DNA from: Bdellovibrionales bacterium
GTDB taxonomy: Bacteria; Bdellovibrionota; Bdellovibrionia; Bdellovibrionales; JAGQZY01
DNA length: 64,000 nucleotides
NCBI GenBank assembly: GCA_964230645.1
Contig: CAXRHT010000002.1
Location: forward strand, 608,001-672,000
Direction: 5' to 3'
Shown here piece by piece: positions 9,001 to 24,000 of the stretch. The position numbers and the translations under genes were made by a program. The notes beneath the pieces were generated by a model. That model saw only the letters and a list, made by a program, of their open reading frames with translations. It was not told the origin of the DNA and searched no databases. Position 1 is the first letter of the stretch, and the number at the start of each line of letters is the position of its first letter.

Positions 9001-12000
9001 TTTGTGATTGTAAAGATATGAACAGCCGAACCGTTTTGCACGACGCCACCATAGTTGTAGGGATCACTTTCTGAGATGGAAAGTGTAGCAGGATCGTTAG
9101 AGATTCCAGTCAGATCTCTTGTCGCCTGCTGAGGGCCCGCTCCATCATTGTAATCAATTTCAATGCTATCGTTGAAGGTTCCCGCTGTTGTTGGATTGAA
9201 GACAACAACGATATTACAGTCAGTAGTAATCACTGCTCCGCAATCTCCACCCGTTCCCGGATAAGTTCCACCTTTAAAGGTGTATGGAGCAGCAAGACCG
9301 GCACCGGTCACCGAGGTAGCCGCATCGTCGCCGGAGTACTGAACAGTAAAGACTTGTTCATTTGTGGAATTCGTTGCCACACTTCCAAAATCATAAGTCG
9401 GACCATTGGAGATTGTAAGAGTGGCCGGGTTTTGACCCGTTCCTTGGATCGACATATTGGCGGTTTGCACAACCACACCGTCATTATAATCAATCTCGAC
9501 GATATCAGAGGCTAGCCCTGTCATCGTTGGTTGAAATCTTAAAGAGATGGTACAGTTTGAACCAGCCGTTAAACTTGTTGTACAAGTTCCCGTGGTTCCT
9601 GGATAAGAGCCACCTTCAAATGTAAAAGGTGCGACGAGTCCTCCACCAGCCATTGAGGTGGCCGTCAATCCACCTGTGTTAGTGACGGTTAAAGAAATCA
9701 CGTCGTTGTTTCCAACGGTGACATTTCCAAAATCTTCTGGATTGGCCCCTGAAATTGTAAGGATCGCAGCTGGAACACCACTACCCTGAACTTGTCTTGT
9801 ACTTGTCGTAGCCGTCACACCATTATTGTAACTGAATTCAATCAGATCAGAATCCGTTCCCGTGCTTGATGGAGCGTAGCGAACCGCGATATCACAACTA
9901 GAACCATTTGCAAGTGAGCCAGCACAAGTTCCACCGGTTCCAGGATAAGATCCACCCACATAAGTAAATGGTGCGGCTAATCCCACTTCACTGATAGCAG
10001 TGGCTGGCACTCCACCGGTGTTTGAAACCGTGAAGACGTGGTTGGCTCCCCCACCCACAGCAAAAGATCCAAAGTTATAAGGATCGGATTCTGAGATGGC
10101 CAGTAAGGCCGGAGCGGCTCCCGTTCCTTGAATATCTAATGTTGTGTTGGTGACGATCGCACCATTATTGAAATTGAGTTCAATCTGATCGTTTTGTGGG
10201 CCACTGGCGATCGGTGAATAGGTCACAACCACATCACAAGAGGCTGTACTAGCAAGTGTGCCGGCACAGTCTCCGCCGACTCCAGGATAAGTTCCACCTT
10301 TAAATTCAAAAGGCGCATTCATGGTGGCGGCATCGGCAATGGCCGTTGCTGTCACGGCCCCGTTATTTGTAATTGTAAATGTGTACTCAACAGTGATCCC
10401 GTTAGGTTGGGTTCCGTAGTTGTAACTTGGAGCATCGACAAAATCCAAGGTGGCAGGACTTCCGGCCGTTCCTTGTAAATCTCTAGTGGCACTTTGGGCC
10501 ACAGCTCCATCGACGTAATCAATTTGAATACTGCCTGTATCAACGCCATTTGTTGCGGGTGTGTACTCAACAACAATCGTACAAGTTCCACCACCGGCAG
10601 CTAGGGTCGCACCACAAGTTCCACCGGTTCCAGGATAACCCGCTCCAAGAAAATCAAAAGGAGCTGCAAGTCCTGATTCACTGAGTGAAGAGGCGGCACT
10701 ATCGCCAGTATTTGTTAATGTAAAAGTATGAGTTCTTCTCCCGCCCGCTGCGATCAGACCAAAATCATAAGTGCCTGTTTCGCTGATAGTAATAACAGCC
10801 GGATTGATACCCGTTCCTTCTATGTCTCTAGAAGATGTTGTTGCAGCCGCACCATCGAAATAGTTGATCTCAAGAGTGTCGGCAATATTTCCCGCCGAAG
10901 TCGGTGCAAATCGAACGACGACAGTACAAGAGTCCGCTGAAGCGACAGTCGCTCCACAAGTTCCACCGGTTCCAGGAAAGGACCCGCCATTGAAACTAAA
11001 AGGAGCCACAAGACCACTTCCACCGACAGAGGTCGCCGAAACTCCACCCGTGTTTGTGATGTTAAAAGTTTTTAAGCGGAAGCCATTAACAGTTACAGGG
11101 CCATAATCAAAAGGATCGGTTTCCGAGATTGTTAATGTGGCCGCTGCAGAACCCGTTCCTTGAACATCACGTTCGGCATTTACCACAGTGGCACCATTGT
11201 TATATTGGAAATTGATGGTGTCCGGTTGAATCCCCGTTGTGCTTGGAGCAAATTCTATTACTACAGTACAACCACTGGCAGGAGCTAAGCTCGCCGTACA
11301 GTTTCCACCGGTTCCAGGAAAACTTCCTCCTAAGAAGCGGAAAGGTAAACCAAGACCCACTTCTGCAATCGAGGAGGCTGTGAATCCGCCACCGTTGGTT
11401 AGAGTAAAGGTATGAGTGGTTGAAGCTCCCACAGCCACATCGCCAAAACTGTACGGATCACTTTCAGAAATAGTGATCTGAGCCGGAGACACGGCCACAC
11501 CGGTGACATCTCGTTGAGAGTTTGTAACCACGGCTCCATTGTCGTATTGCACATTGATTGTTTCGTCATCAGCGGCACTGACAAGCGTTGGTGCGTATTC
11601 AATAGCGATATCACAACTAGCTCCAGAGGCCAGAGTCGCCGCACAGTCACCACCCGTTCCGGGGTAAGAGCCTCCAAGGAAACGATAAGGAGAAGCGAGG
11701 CCAATAATGGACATCGAAGTGGCTTGGAAATCACCTGTGTTAGTGATTGTGAAAATATGATCCGCGGTGGCACCTGTTGCCAATGTTCCGAAATTATAAG
11801 GATCACTTTCTGTGATAGTTAGAGTGGCTGGGCTGACCGCCACACCTGTTACATCACGCTCAACGGAAGCTGCGGCCACACCGTTATTATAATCAATTTG
11901 TACTGAGTCATCATCACTACCACTTAGACTCAGTGGTGCGTACTCAACAACAACCGTACAATTGGCGGCGGGATTAATCGTGGTTCCACATGTTCCTCCG

Positions 12001-15000
12001 GTTCCGGGATAAGATCCACCAAGGAAACTGTAAGGAACGGCAAGTCCTAAACCTGAAACGGAAGTCGCTTGCGAACCACCGGTATTTTGAACGGTAAAGA
12101 TATGAGTTTCCGCTCCCCCTACAGGAAGAGTGCCAAAATTATAAGGATCCGTTTCAGAAATAGTTAAGTTCGCAGCGGCCACCCCTGTTCCTTGAATGTC
12201 GCGATTGGCGTTTTGGGTTATCGCACCATTGTTATAGCTCATGCTAATTGTGTCCGTACTTAGACCTGTTCCCGCCGGAGCAAATTGAACATTCAGTGTA
12301 CATGAACCACCACTGCTCAAGGTCGCACCACAAGTTCCGGTCGTCCCTGGATAAGTTCCGCCAACGAAACCAAAACTTCCGCCGAGACCCACTTCTGCAA
12401 GGGCTGTCGCTGTAACACCTCCACCGTTTGTCACAGTGAAGATATGATTGTTCGATGCACTCACAGTTACATTTCCAAAATCAAATGGGTTGGATTCGCT
12501 TATGCTAAGGCTTGCAGGATCAGTCCCCTCACCTTCCACAGGATGAGAAGCGCTTGTCAAAATAGCACCATTGTTAAAATTGAGTTCAATATTATCTGAC
12601 TGAGGTCCATTAATGCTGGGTTCGAAGTTAACCACAATAGTACAATCAGCACCTGAGGCCAATGTTGGACCACAAGATCCACCCACTCCAGGATAGCTGC
12701 CACCTTTGAAACTAAAAGGGGCTGCCATTGTACCCGCATCGGCCATAGCTGAAGCCGTTACAGCTCCACCGTTAGTGACTGTAAATGTTTGTTCTGTCGT
12801 AGAACCTGTCGCTCTTGTTCCGAAGTCATAAGGTGACACTCCAGAAAAAATGAGTGTAGCGGGAGCTCCGGCACTTCCTTGAATGTCTCTAATCGAAGTT
12901 TGTACAGTCGCGCCATTGTTATAACTAATCTCGATCGAATCGCTGTTTGCTCCAATCGCCGAAGGAGAGTACTGCACGACGATAGTACAAGTGCCGCCAC
13001 CGGCCGCTAGAGTCGAACCACAATCACCACCTGTTCCAGGGTAACCACCACCAAGGAAATTAAAAGGCGCTGCAAGACCGACTTCACTCATTGCTGTCGC
13101 GGGACTCGCACCTGTGTTTGTCAGTGTGAAGGTATGAGACCTAGTTCCACCATTAGCAATGAGTCCATAACTGTAAGGATCACTTTCACTAATTCCGATG
13201 ACCGCTGGGCTAATTCCAGTTCCTTGAACATCACGAGTGGAGGTGGCTGAAGCCGCTCCATTAAAATAATTAATTTCTATCGTATCGTTAGATCCTACGG
13301 CCGAAGTAGGCGCAAACTCCACAACAACTGTACAGTTACTTCCATTGGGAAGACTGGCACCACAACTTCCGCCAGTTCCTGGATAAGAACCACCAAGGAA
13401 ATTAAAAGGGGAAGCCAATCCACTTCCACCCATTCCGGTAGCAGTCACTCCTCCGGTATTATTAAGTGTGAACGAGTAGCTCTTAGTGGCATTAACGGTC
13501 ACACTTCCATAGTCGTAAGGGTCGACTTCCGAAATTGTAATAAAGGCGGCCGCCGCTCCTGTTCCTTGAATGTCACGATCCGAAGCCACTGTGGCGGCCC
13601 CATTGTTGTAACTAAGAGAAATGGTGCTTGTGGCAAGTCCTGTTCCTGTCGGTGCGAATTCTACCACAAGGTCACAACTGGCAGAAGGTGCTAAAGTCCC
13701 CGTACATGTTCCACCCGCTCCAGGGAAACTTCCTCCCACAAAACGGAAAGGAAGACCAAGCCCCACTTCTGCAATCGAAGAGGCGCCAAAATTTCCACCA
13801 TTTGTGACAGTGAAAGTATGAGCGCGCGTGGCACCCACAGCCAGACTACCATAATCGTAAGGATCACTTTCGGTGATCGTAAGGTTTGCAGGATTCACTC
13901 CCGTACCAGTGATATCTCTATTGGAAGCCTGAGAGTTTACACCATCAAAATAGTTCATTGTTATCGTATCGTTATTTGTACCGGGAACCCCAGGAGCGTA
14001 CTCAATCACGATGTCACATGTGGCTCCGGCGGCTAATGTCGCAGCACAGTTTCCACCCGTTCCTGGATAAGTTCCACCAAAGTAGCGATAAGGCGCGGCG
14101 ATACCGTTTTCTAGGAGGCTCGTTGCTTGAAATCCGCCTGTATTTTCAATGGTAAATGTATGGGTGTTTGTCGCTCCGGTGGCTAGCGTTCCGAAATTAT
14201 AAGGATCGGATTCTGTAATCGTTAAAGTTGCCGGTGCAACGGCTACGGCTTGAAGATCTTTACTGGACTGCTGAGCGACAACACCGTCATTGTAATCGAT
14301 TAATAATGTATCATTGTCAGCGCCACTCACGGCAACAGGGGCGTATTCAATAACAATGTCACAAGAGGCTCCCGAATTAAGAGTCGCACCACAATTTCCA
14401 CCGGTTCCTGGATAGGATCCACCCACAAAAGAGTAAGGGGCTGCAAGTCCACTTCCCGCGATACTTGTTGCTTGGAAACCACCACCATTACTGATGGTGT
14501 ATGTGGCTGTACGAACCGCTCCTGTTGGACGCGTTCCGAAACTGTAAGGATCGGCTCCAGAAATAGTAAGGTTAGCAGGACTCACACCCTCACCTTCTAT
14601 ATCACGAGTGGCATTTTGCGTGGCCACACCATTAAAATAAGACATGGTGATCGTGTCGGCGTGCGAACCAGTGGCAATCGGAGCGTATTCGATCACTAAA
14701 TTACAGGAAGCACCGGCACTTAAACTAGTACTACAAGTTCCACCCGTTCCAGGATAAGATCCTCCCATGAATCGGAAAGGAGCACTGAGACTGACTTCGG
14801 CTAAAGAGCCAGCCACAACCCCGCCGGAGTTGTTGACTGAGAACGTATGAGTTCTTGTGGCTCCCGTCGCGAGAGTTCCAAAGTTATACGGATCACTTTC
14901 TGAGATCGCAAGACTTGCGGGAGCTGCCGCGGTACCCTCAACATCTCTAGTAAGAGATTGTGTGTTAACACCATTGTTATAGGTGATATCAATCGTATCG

Positions 15001-18000
15001 GCCTGAGGTCCTGCAATCGCTGGTTCAAAACTGACAACAATCGTACAGTTACCTCCTGAAGCCAATGTGGCTCCACAAGTTCCACCCGTTCCAGGATAAG
15101 CACTTCCTTTAAAGACGAATGGAGCGGACATGCTTCCTGCATCCACCATTCCTGTGGCTTGCACGGCTCCACCATTTGAAATGATAAAGGTGTGATCCGT
15201 CGATGAACCTTGAGCTAGAGTTCCATAATTATAAGGATCGGACTCAGTGATTGTCAGAGTGGCTGGAGCCCCACCTGTTCCTTGTAGATCGCGTGTTGCT
15301 GTTTGAGTTGTTACTCCGTCATTGTATCCAAACTCGATCGTATCGAGTTTCGCTCCACTGGTCAGAGGAGCAAATTCAACAACGATGGTACAGTTAGCTC
15401 CAGCACCAAGGGTCACACCACAATCACCACCCGTTCCAGGATAAGGACCACCAAGATAACCATAGGGGGCTCCTAAACCTGTTTCACTCAAACTCGTCGC
15501 AGTGGTCGATCCACTGTTGGTAAGAGTGAAAGCGTAAGATTTTGTTCCTCCGTTTGCAACGAGTCCAAAATCGTAAGGGTTACTTTCAGAGATCGTAATA
15601 TTAGCCGGCGTAATTCCGGTTCCTTGGATACCACGTGAGGAGGTTTGAGCGACGGCTCCATCATTATAGGTAATATCAATTTCATCAAAGAGTGTTCCCA
15701 CCGCGGCTGGTGCGTAGCGAACAATAATCGTACAGCTATCACCATTATTGAGTGTTCCGGTACAAGTTCCACCTGTTCCAGGGAAAGTCCCTCCAAGGAA
15801 GTTAAACGGAGAAACAACGCCGCCTCCGGCAATTCCTGTGGCTGGCACACCACCCGTGTTGGAAAGTGTAAAGGTATGGTTCACGCCCACACCCACTGTC
15901 ACATTTCCATAATCGTAAGGCTCAGTTTCACTGATTGTGATTTGTGCTGGAGATGAACCAATACCCTGCAGGTCCACAGTGGTATTTTGAACTGTGGCGC
16001 CATCATTGTAATCAATCTGCATCGTCGTCGTGGAAAGACCTGTAGCCGACGGACCAAACTCGACGACAAGAGTACAGTTAGAGGCTGGGTTTAAGGTTGT
16101 CGTACAAGTTCCGCCCGTACCAGGGAAAGTTCCTCCCACAAAATCAAAATCTCCACCAAGTCCTGAGATAGAAATACTAGAGGCTTGAAAGTTTCCACCG
16201 TTTGAAACTGTGAACACATTAGGCTCTGAACTACTGGTAGCCACAGTTCCATAGTCATAAGGGTCGGCACCACCGATTGTAAGGCTAGCAGGATTCACCC
16301 CTGTTCCTTGAATCACTCGATCCACAGTCTGTGGATTCACACCATCACTGTAGGCAAAACTAATCGCACCCACTTGCGTTCCTGTTGCTGAAGGTGCGTA
16401 CTGCACCTCCACCGTACATGAATCTCCGGCATTCAGAGTGGTCGAACAGTTTCCTCCTGTACCAGGGAAAGCTCCACCGGCATAAATAAAGGGTGCACCC
16501 ACTCCGGACTCAATCATGGCCGAGGCTTGGAAATCACCGGTATTTGAGATTGTAAATATATGTGTGCTACTTGATCCTGTCGCAAGGGTCCCGTAATTGT
16601 AAGGATCACTCTCTGAAATCTCAAGGAGTGCTGGAAGAACCGCAGTACCAATCACATCTCTTGTCACATTGGCTGCCGTAACCCCATTATTGTAATCGAT
16701 TTGTATAGTATCATCATGAGTGGGTGTACTCGGTGCTACAGGAGCGTATTCCACCACGATATCACAGTTCGCCCCCACACCAAGAGTGACACCACAGTCT
16801 CCACCAGCCCCTGGATAAGTTCCGCCTGCAAAACTGTAAGGTGCGGCTAGGCCACTTCCACCCATAGCTGTGGCGACGATTCCACCCGTATTAGTGATCG
16901 TGAAAGTATGAAGATTAGAGCTTCCTGTTGGAACCGTTGTGTAATTATAAGGATCACTTTCTGTGATGGTAAGGTTTGCTGGAGCCACACCACGGCCTTG
17001 AATTTGTCTTAGAGCCGTTTGCGCGATCGCACCATTGTAGTAATCAAGTTCGATCACATCGGGTTGTACACCGGTTGCGGTCGGAGTGAAGCTGATATCA
17101 AGAGTACAGGTTCCACCACTACTTAAAGTCGTACCACAAGTTCCAGAGTCACCAGGATAAGTTCCACCAGTAAAGGCATAAGGAGCACCAATTCCAGTTT
17201 CAGCCATCGTTGTCGCGGCCACCCCTCCACCGTTTGTCACAGTGAAGATGTGATTAAGAGAAGCGGTGATCGCCACATCCCCATAGTCGTAGGGATTTGT
17301 TTCTGAAATAGTTAGGCTAGCAGGACTCGCCCCTTCACCGGTAAGATCCTGTCCTGAACTTTGAGCCGTGGCTCCACTATTAAAAGAAACAAGAGCTGTG
17401 TCAGTGAATGTTCCCGTTGCAGCGGGCTCAAAACTAACGTCCACTAAACAAGTGGCTCCTGCGGCCAAAGTGGCTCCACAATCCCCGCCTGTTCCAGGAT
17501 AAGCTCCACCCGTAAAAGTATAGGGAGAACTTAAACCACCGCCATCGGCCATGGAAGTCGCCGTCACCGCTCCTGTGTTTGTAATTGTAAAAACATGAGG
17601 AGTGGATGAACCAACGGCTTTAATTAAATAGTCATAGGTGGCACCACCATCCCAGGCCAGAACGGCCGGAGCTCCACCACTTCCTTGAATATCTCTAAGA
17701 GCGGTCGCTGGTACAGCACCATTGTTGTAATCAATTTCAATCGTGTCAGAGAAAGGATTGATACTGCCTGGGGCAAACTCCACTACAATGTCACAGCTGG
17801 CCCCTGCTCCGAGAGTTCCTAAACAGTCTCCACCCGTTCCAGGAAAACCACCTCCCAGGAAATCAAAAGGAGCGGCAAGCCCTGACTCAACAATTCCCGT
17901 GGCACTACTCGCTCCAGAATTGGTCAGAGTGAAGGTTTGTGTGGCCGTTCCGCCGTTGGCGATGAGCCCGTAGTCGTAAGGATCTGTTCCACTGATGGTG

Positions 18001-21000
18001 ATCATAGCCGGAGCGATACCGGTACCAGAAATCAAACGACTGGAAGTCTGAGGAACCGCTCCATCATTAAAGTTAATATCAATACTACTGTTACTAGCAG
18101 CAGCCGAAACTGGTGCGAATGTCACCTCAATGTCACAAGAGCCGCCCGCAGGAATTGTCGCTGTACAATCTCCCCCAGCGCCAGGGAAAGATCCACCAGT
18201 AAAACTAAAGGGAGAGACCAAACCACTTCCGCCAACAGCCGTCGCTGCGACCGCGCCTGTGTTATTTAAAGTAAAGATGTGAGAAAGGTTCGCTCCCACT
18301 GTTACAGATCCAAAATCATAGGTGTCTGTTTCTGTTATTGTAATGGTCGCTGGAGCCGCTCCCGTCCCCTGTAGTGGACGAGCGGTGTTCACAGTGTTCG
18401 CTCCATTGGCATACTGAATCGTTAAACTGCTTGAAGCTAAACCTGTGGACGTTGGAGCAAAAATAATTTCCACATCACATGAGGCCGATGGAGCCAGTGT
18501 CACTGCACAAGTTCCGCTGTCTCCTGGATAAGCCCCGCCAGTAAAATCAAAATCCCCTGAGAGTGCAATTTCAGTCAGTGCAGAGGCTGTAAATCCGCCC
18601 CCATTTGTTAATGTGAAGATGTGGGTTGTGTTTCCACCCACGGCCACAGTTCCCATATCATAGGTCCCTGTTTCACTAATTGTAATTGAAGCTGGTGACA
18701 CGGCCACACCCGTTACATCGCGAGTGGCTGTTTGTGGATTCACTCCATCGTTGTAAGCAAAGCTAATAGTGTCATCATGAGCTGGACTAACAACACCTGG
18801 TGCGTATTCCACCTCGATGTCACAACTACTACCGGCCGCCAAGGTCGCGGCACAGTCTCCGCCTGTTCCAGGATAAGATCCACCGGCGTATCCGTAAGGA
18901 GCGCCAAGGCCTGATTCCACCATTGCCGAAGCTTGAAAACCACCACCATTACTGACTGTAAAAATATGAGTGCGTGAAGCTCCGGTCGCTAGTGTACCGA
19001 AGTTATAAGGATCTGTTTCTGTAATAGTTAAACTGGCTGGTGCCACAGCAACGGCTGTTAAATCTCTCGTAGAAGTCTGCGGCGAAGCCCCGTCGTTGTA
19101 ATCAATGAGAATTGTGTCTGTGTCTGCAGCACTCACTGAGACAGGATTGTACTCAACCACTATATTACAAGAACTACTCGCCGCTAGTGTCGCTCCACAG
19201 TTTCCACCCACTCCAGGATAAGATCCTCCTTGGAAAGAATAAGGGGCCGCAAGACCACTACCCGCTATTCCAGTCGCAGTGGAACCACCACCATTTGAGA
19301 CCACAAAAGTTTGGGGATTCACACTTCCAGTGGGACGAGTTCCGTAATCAAAAGTTCCTGGTCCGCCAGAAATGGTTAGACTGGCAGGCGCAAGCCCTGT
19401 TCCTTGTAAATCGCGAGCACTTGTCACAACAGTCGCGCCGTTATTGTATTGAATTTCAAGTGTGCCTGTTAAGAGACCGGTTCCAAGAGGAGCAAACTCA
19501 ACATCTAAGTCACAGGTTCCGCTCACCGCTAGGGTCGTGGTACAAGTTCCCGCCGTTCCAGGGAAACTTCCACCGGTAAATGTAAAAGGAGCTCCCAAAC
19601 TAATTTCTGAAATTGCTGTTGCAGGAACATTTCCATTGTTAGTTAATGTGAAAATATGATTGCTGCTCGCACCTTGAGTGATATTACCATAATCGTGTGG
19701 ATCACTTTCAGAAATTGCAATAACAGCTGGAGTAGCACCCGTTCCTTGCACATCATGATTAAGAGTTTGAGCCGCCGCACCATCATCGTAATCAATGGCT
19801 AAAATATCTGTGGCGAGCCCTGCGCCCGTAGGGGTGAACTGAATTTGCACGGTACAATTACTTCCAGCCGCTAAGGTGGCCGCACAAGTTCCGGTGATTC
19901 CAGGATAAGCAGCACCTGTGTAATCAAAAGGAGAGGCTAGACCTGCGGCATCGCTAAGACCTGTTGCAGGAAGAGAGCCTGAGTTTGTAATTGTAAGGGT
20001 GGCCACAGTGGTCGAACCATTGGCCTTTGTTCCAAAGTCATAAGGATCGGCTCCGCCGACAACAAGGTTCGCTGGAGTTCCACCTGTTCCTTGCACTTGT
20101 CTAAGAACGGATTGAGGAGCCGCTCCATCATTGTAGTCAATTTGAATACTATCGGGAAAAGGACCTGTCGCTACAGGTGAAAAAGCCACCACGATACTAC
20201 AACTCACGCCTGCACCAAGAGAAGAACCACAGTTTCCTCCGGTTCCAGGAAAAGAACCACCTAGGAAATTAAAAGGAGCGTTTAATCCCACTTCACTTAT
20301 AGCGGTTGCAGGAGAGTCACCGATGTTATCGATCGTAAAGGCGTGAGTGTTAACTCCACCTGTTGCAACCAAACCAAAATCAAAAGGATTGGTTTCACTA
20401 ATTGTGAGTTGTGCTGGAGTGATTCCTGTTCCTACCACATCGCGAGAAACAGTGGTGAGGCTGGCCCCGTTATTATAGTTAATATCAATTTGTGAGGAAC
20501 TCGCTACGGGTGCCGTCGGCGCAAAAGTCACGGCGATATCACAACTTCCACCGGAAGCAAGAGTCGCCGTACAATCCCCACCCGTTCCAGGGAAAGATCC
20601 GCCTGTAAAACTAAAGGGAGCTGTCAATCCACTGCCACCAATTGTGGTTGCGGCCACAGCACCTGTATTATTTAATGTAAATATGTGAGTGAGAGTGGCC
20701 CCTTGAGTCACACTGCCAAAATCGTAAGGGTCACTTTCAGTGATCGTAATCGTCGCAGGAGCCGCACCTGTTCCCTGAATATCTCTTGAAGATGTCACCG
20801 TACTGGCACCATTAAAATACTGAATGTCGATTGTGGCCGACTGCGCACCAGTCACTGTCGGAGAGAAAGCCACTTCAATATCACAAGAGGCCGCAGGTGC
20901 TAGTGTCGCGGTACAATTTCCGTTAGAGCCAGGGAAACCCGCTCCTGTAAAATCAAATGGGGCCGAAAGAGTCACTTCGCTAATGGCTGAAGCCGTAAAA

Positions 21001-24000
21001 CTTCCTGCATTGCTAATGGTGAAAACGTGAGGACGGCTGGCGCCTGTTGCTAGAGTTCCGTAATCGTAAGGATCGGTTTCTGTAATTTCTAAATCAGCGG
21101 GAGCTACGGCCACACCGGTTATATCACGAAGGGTGTTTTGGACCACAACACCGTTATTGTAGGATATATTAATCGTGTCATCGTCAGCCGCACTAACAGA
21201 ACCTGGAGCATATTGAATTTCAATATCACAACTGCTTCCGGCAGCCAGAGTTCCACTACAGTCTCCTGCAGTACCTGGGAAAGCTCCACCTGTAAATGTG
21301 TAAGGAGCATTGAGACCCACTTCACTAATGGCAGAAGCTTGAAAACCTCCTCCATTGCTAATAGTGAAAACATGAGCGTTACTTGCGCCTGTTGCTAGAG
21401 TTCCGAAATTATAAGGATCGGTCTCTGTGATACTTAAATTGGCCGGAGTCACCGAGGTTCCCTCAATATCACGGGTGCTTTGTTGGCTACTGGCTCCATC
21501 GTTGTAATCAATAAGAACGGTATCTGTATCTAAACCATTGGCCGCCACCGGAGCGTACTCAACTACAATATTACAACTGTCACCTGAGGGAAGAGTTCCC
21601 GCACAGTCACCCGATGTTCCTGGATAGCTGCTTCCTTCAAATCGGAAAGGTGCCGCAAGTCCACTTCCGGCAAGACCGGTGGCAGGCGCTCCCCCTGTGT
21701 TTGAAACCACAAATATTTTTTGAATCACACGCCCTGTTGGGTGCGTGCCAAAGTTGTAAGGATCAAGTTCTGAAATAGAGATCACGGCTGGGCTTAGACC
21801 CGTTCCCTGTAGATTGCGGGTCGTGTTTACAACACTGACTCCGTTATTATAGGCCAAGTCAATTGTATCAGTCAGAACCCCTGTTCCACTCGGAGCGAAT
21901 TCGATCACTAGATCGCAAGAGCCACCATTAGTAATGGCAACACCACAAGTTCCACCGGTTCCAGGATAAGTTCCACCAACATACTGAAAGTTTCCAGAGA
22001 TTCCGATCTCACTAAGACCTGTGGCCGGAACGCCTCCCGTGTTGGAAACGGTGAAGGTATGAGTGGTTGACGAGCCCACTGCAACATTGCCGTAATCGTA
22101 AGGATTGCCTTCACTAATGCCAAGAAGGGCTGGCGCCGCTGCGGTTCCTTGAATATCATGACTTAAAGTTTGAGCCGAAGCACCGTCATTATAAGTAACA
22201 GTTACAGTGTCGGTCGTGGCACCAACTCCAGAAGGATTGTACTGCACTTCCACATCACAACTACTACCGGCTGCAAGTGTCGCGGTACAGGTTCCGTTGG
22301 TTCCAGGGTAACCCGCTCCTGTGAAAGCATAAGGAGCGCCCAGTCCAAGACCGTCGGCCATACTTGTCGCTGCCACAGCACCAGAGTTGGTAATATTTAA
22401 AATAACAAAAGATGTACTACCATTGGCTTTTGTTCCAAAATCATAAGGATCCGGCCCCCCAACAGCCAACGTGGCAGGTGTGCCCGCTGTTCCCTGTAGA
22501 GGTCTTGCCACAGACTGTGGTGCGGCCCCATCATTGTAATCAAAACTCATTGTGCTCGAGTAAACTCCGTTAGAGCCTGGAGCAAACTCAACCACTACAT
22601 TACAAGAAGCCGCTGCAGCAAGAGTGCCTCCACAACTTCCTCCAGTTCCCGGAAAACCTCCACCAAGAAAATCAAAAGGAGACGATAGAAGAGTTTCTGT
22701 AATACCCGTGGCTGTACTGCCACCATTATTGGTTAGAGTGAATGTATGCGTGATGGTTCCACCACTAGCGATCAATCCGTAATCATAAGTACCCGATTCA
22801 CTAATGGAAATTAGGGCCGGAGTGATTCCTGTTCCCATAACGTCTCGGCTTGAAGTTTGACTTGTAACACCATCGTTAAAATTAATATCAATGGTGTCGT
22901 TGCTGGTTACAGCTGTGGTGGGCGCAAAAGTCACTTGAATGAGACAGCTGTCACCATTGTTAATTGTCGTTCCACAGTCCCCGCCTGTTCCAGGAAAAGA
23001 ACCACCGGTGAAACTAAAAGGGGCCACCAAGCCGCTTCCGCCAACTGTTGTCGCTGGAACCGCACCTGTGTTTGTTAATGTAAAGACCTTGCTCGCTGTG
23101 GCTCCTTGAGTGACGTTACCAAAATCATAGGTAGGACCATCCGTAATTGTTAGAGTCGCAGGAGCCGCTCCTGTTCCTTGCAAGGTTCTTGCCTCAGAAA
23201 CAGTGGTTGTTCCATTATTATATTGAATAGTGATTGTTCCAGAGGCTACACCCGTAGACACAGGAGAGTAAGCCACCTCAATATCACACGAAGCCGCAGG
23301 CGCTAGAGTGGTCGTACAGGTTCCGCTGGTTCCTGGAAAACCCGCTCCGGTAAAATCAAAAGGAGCACTTAAGCTTATTTCTGAAATGGCGGAAGCTTGA
23401 AATCCTCCACCATTTGTCAGGGTGAAGACATGAGACCTTGAGGCGCCGGTCGCAAGAGTTCCGTAATCATAAGGATCGGATTCTGTAATAGAAATGGATG
23501 CCGGAGTGACCGCTACACCCGCCACATCTCTTAGTGTGTTTTGAGGATTCACACCGTCATTGTAGGAAATGTTAATAGAGTCCGTGTCCGATGCACTCAC
23601 GACACTGGGTGAGTACTGGATTTCAATATCACAACTACTTCCTGCAGCCAATGTGGCCGAACAATCGCCCCCGGCTCCAGGAAAAGAACCACTCGTGAAA
23701 GTAAAAGGAGCGCTTAGGCCTACTTCGCTGATGGCTGAGGCTTGAAAACCACCACCATTGGTGATGGTGAAAATATGAGTGCCTGTGCTTCCTGTGGAAA
23801 GAGTTCCAAAATTATAGGGATCAGTTTCAGTGATAGTAAGATTTGCTGGACTGACAGCTATACCACTTAAATCTCTTGTGGCAGTTTGAGCCGCGGACCC
23901 GTCGTTATAATCAATTAAAATTGTATCGGTGTCCGAAGCACTCACGGAAATGGGGTTATACTGAACAACGATCAGACAACTAGAACCAGAAGCTAGAGTT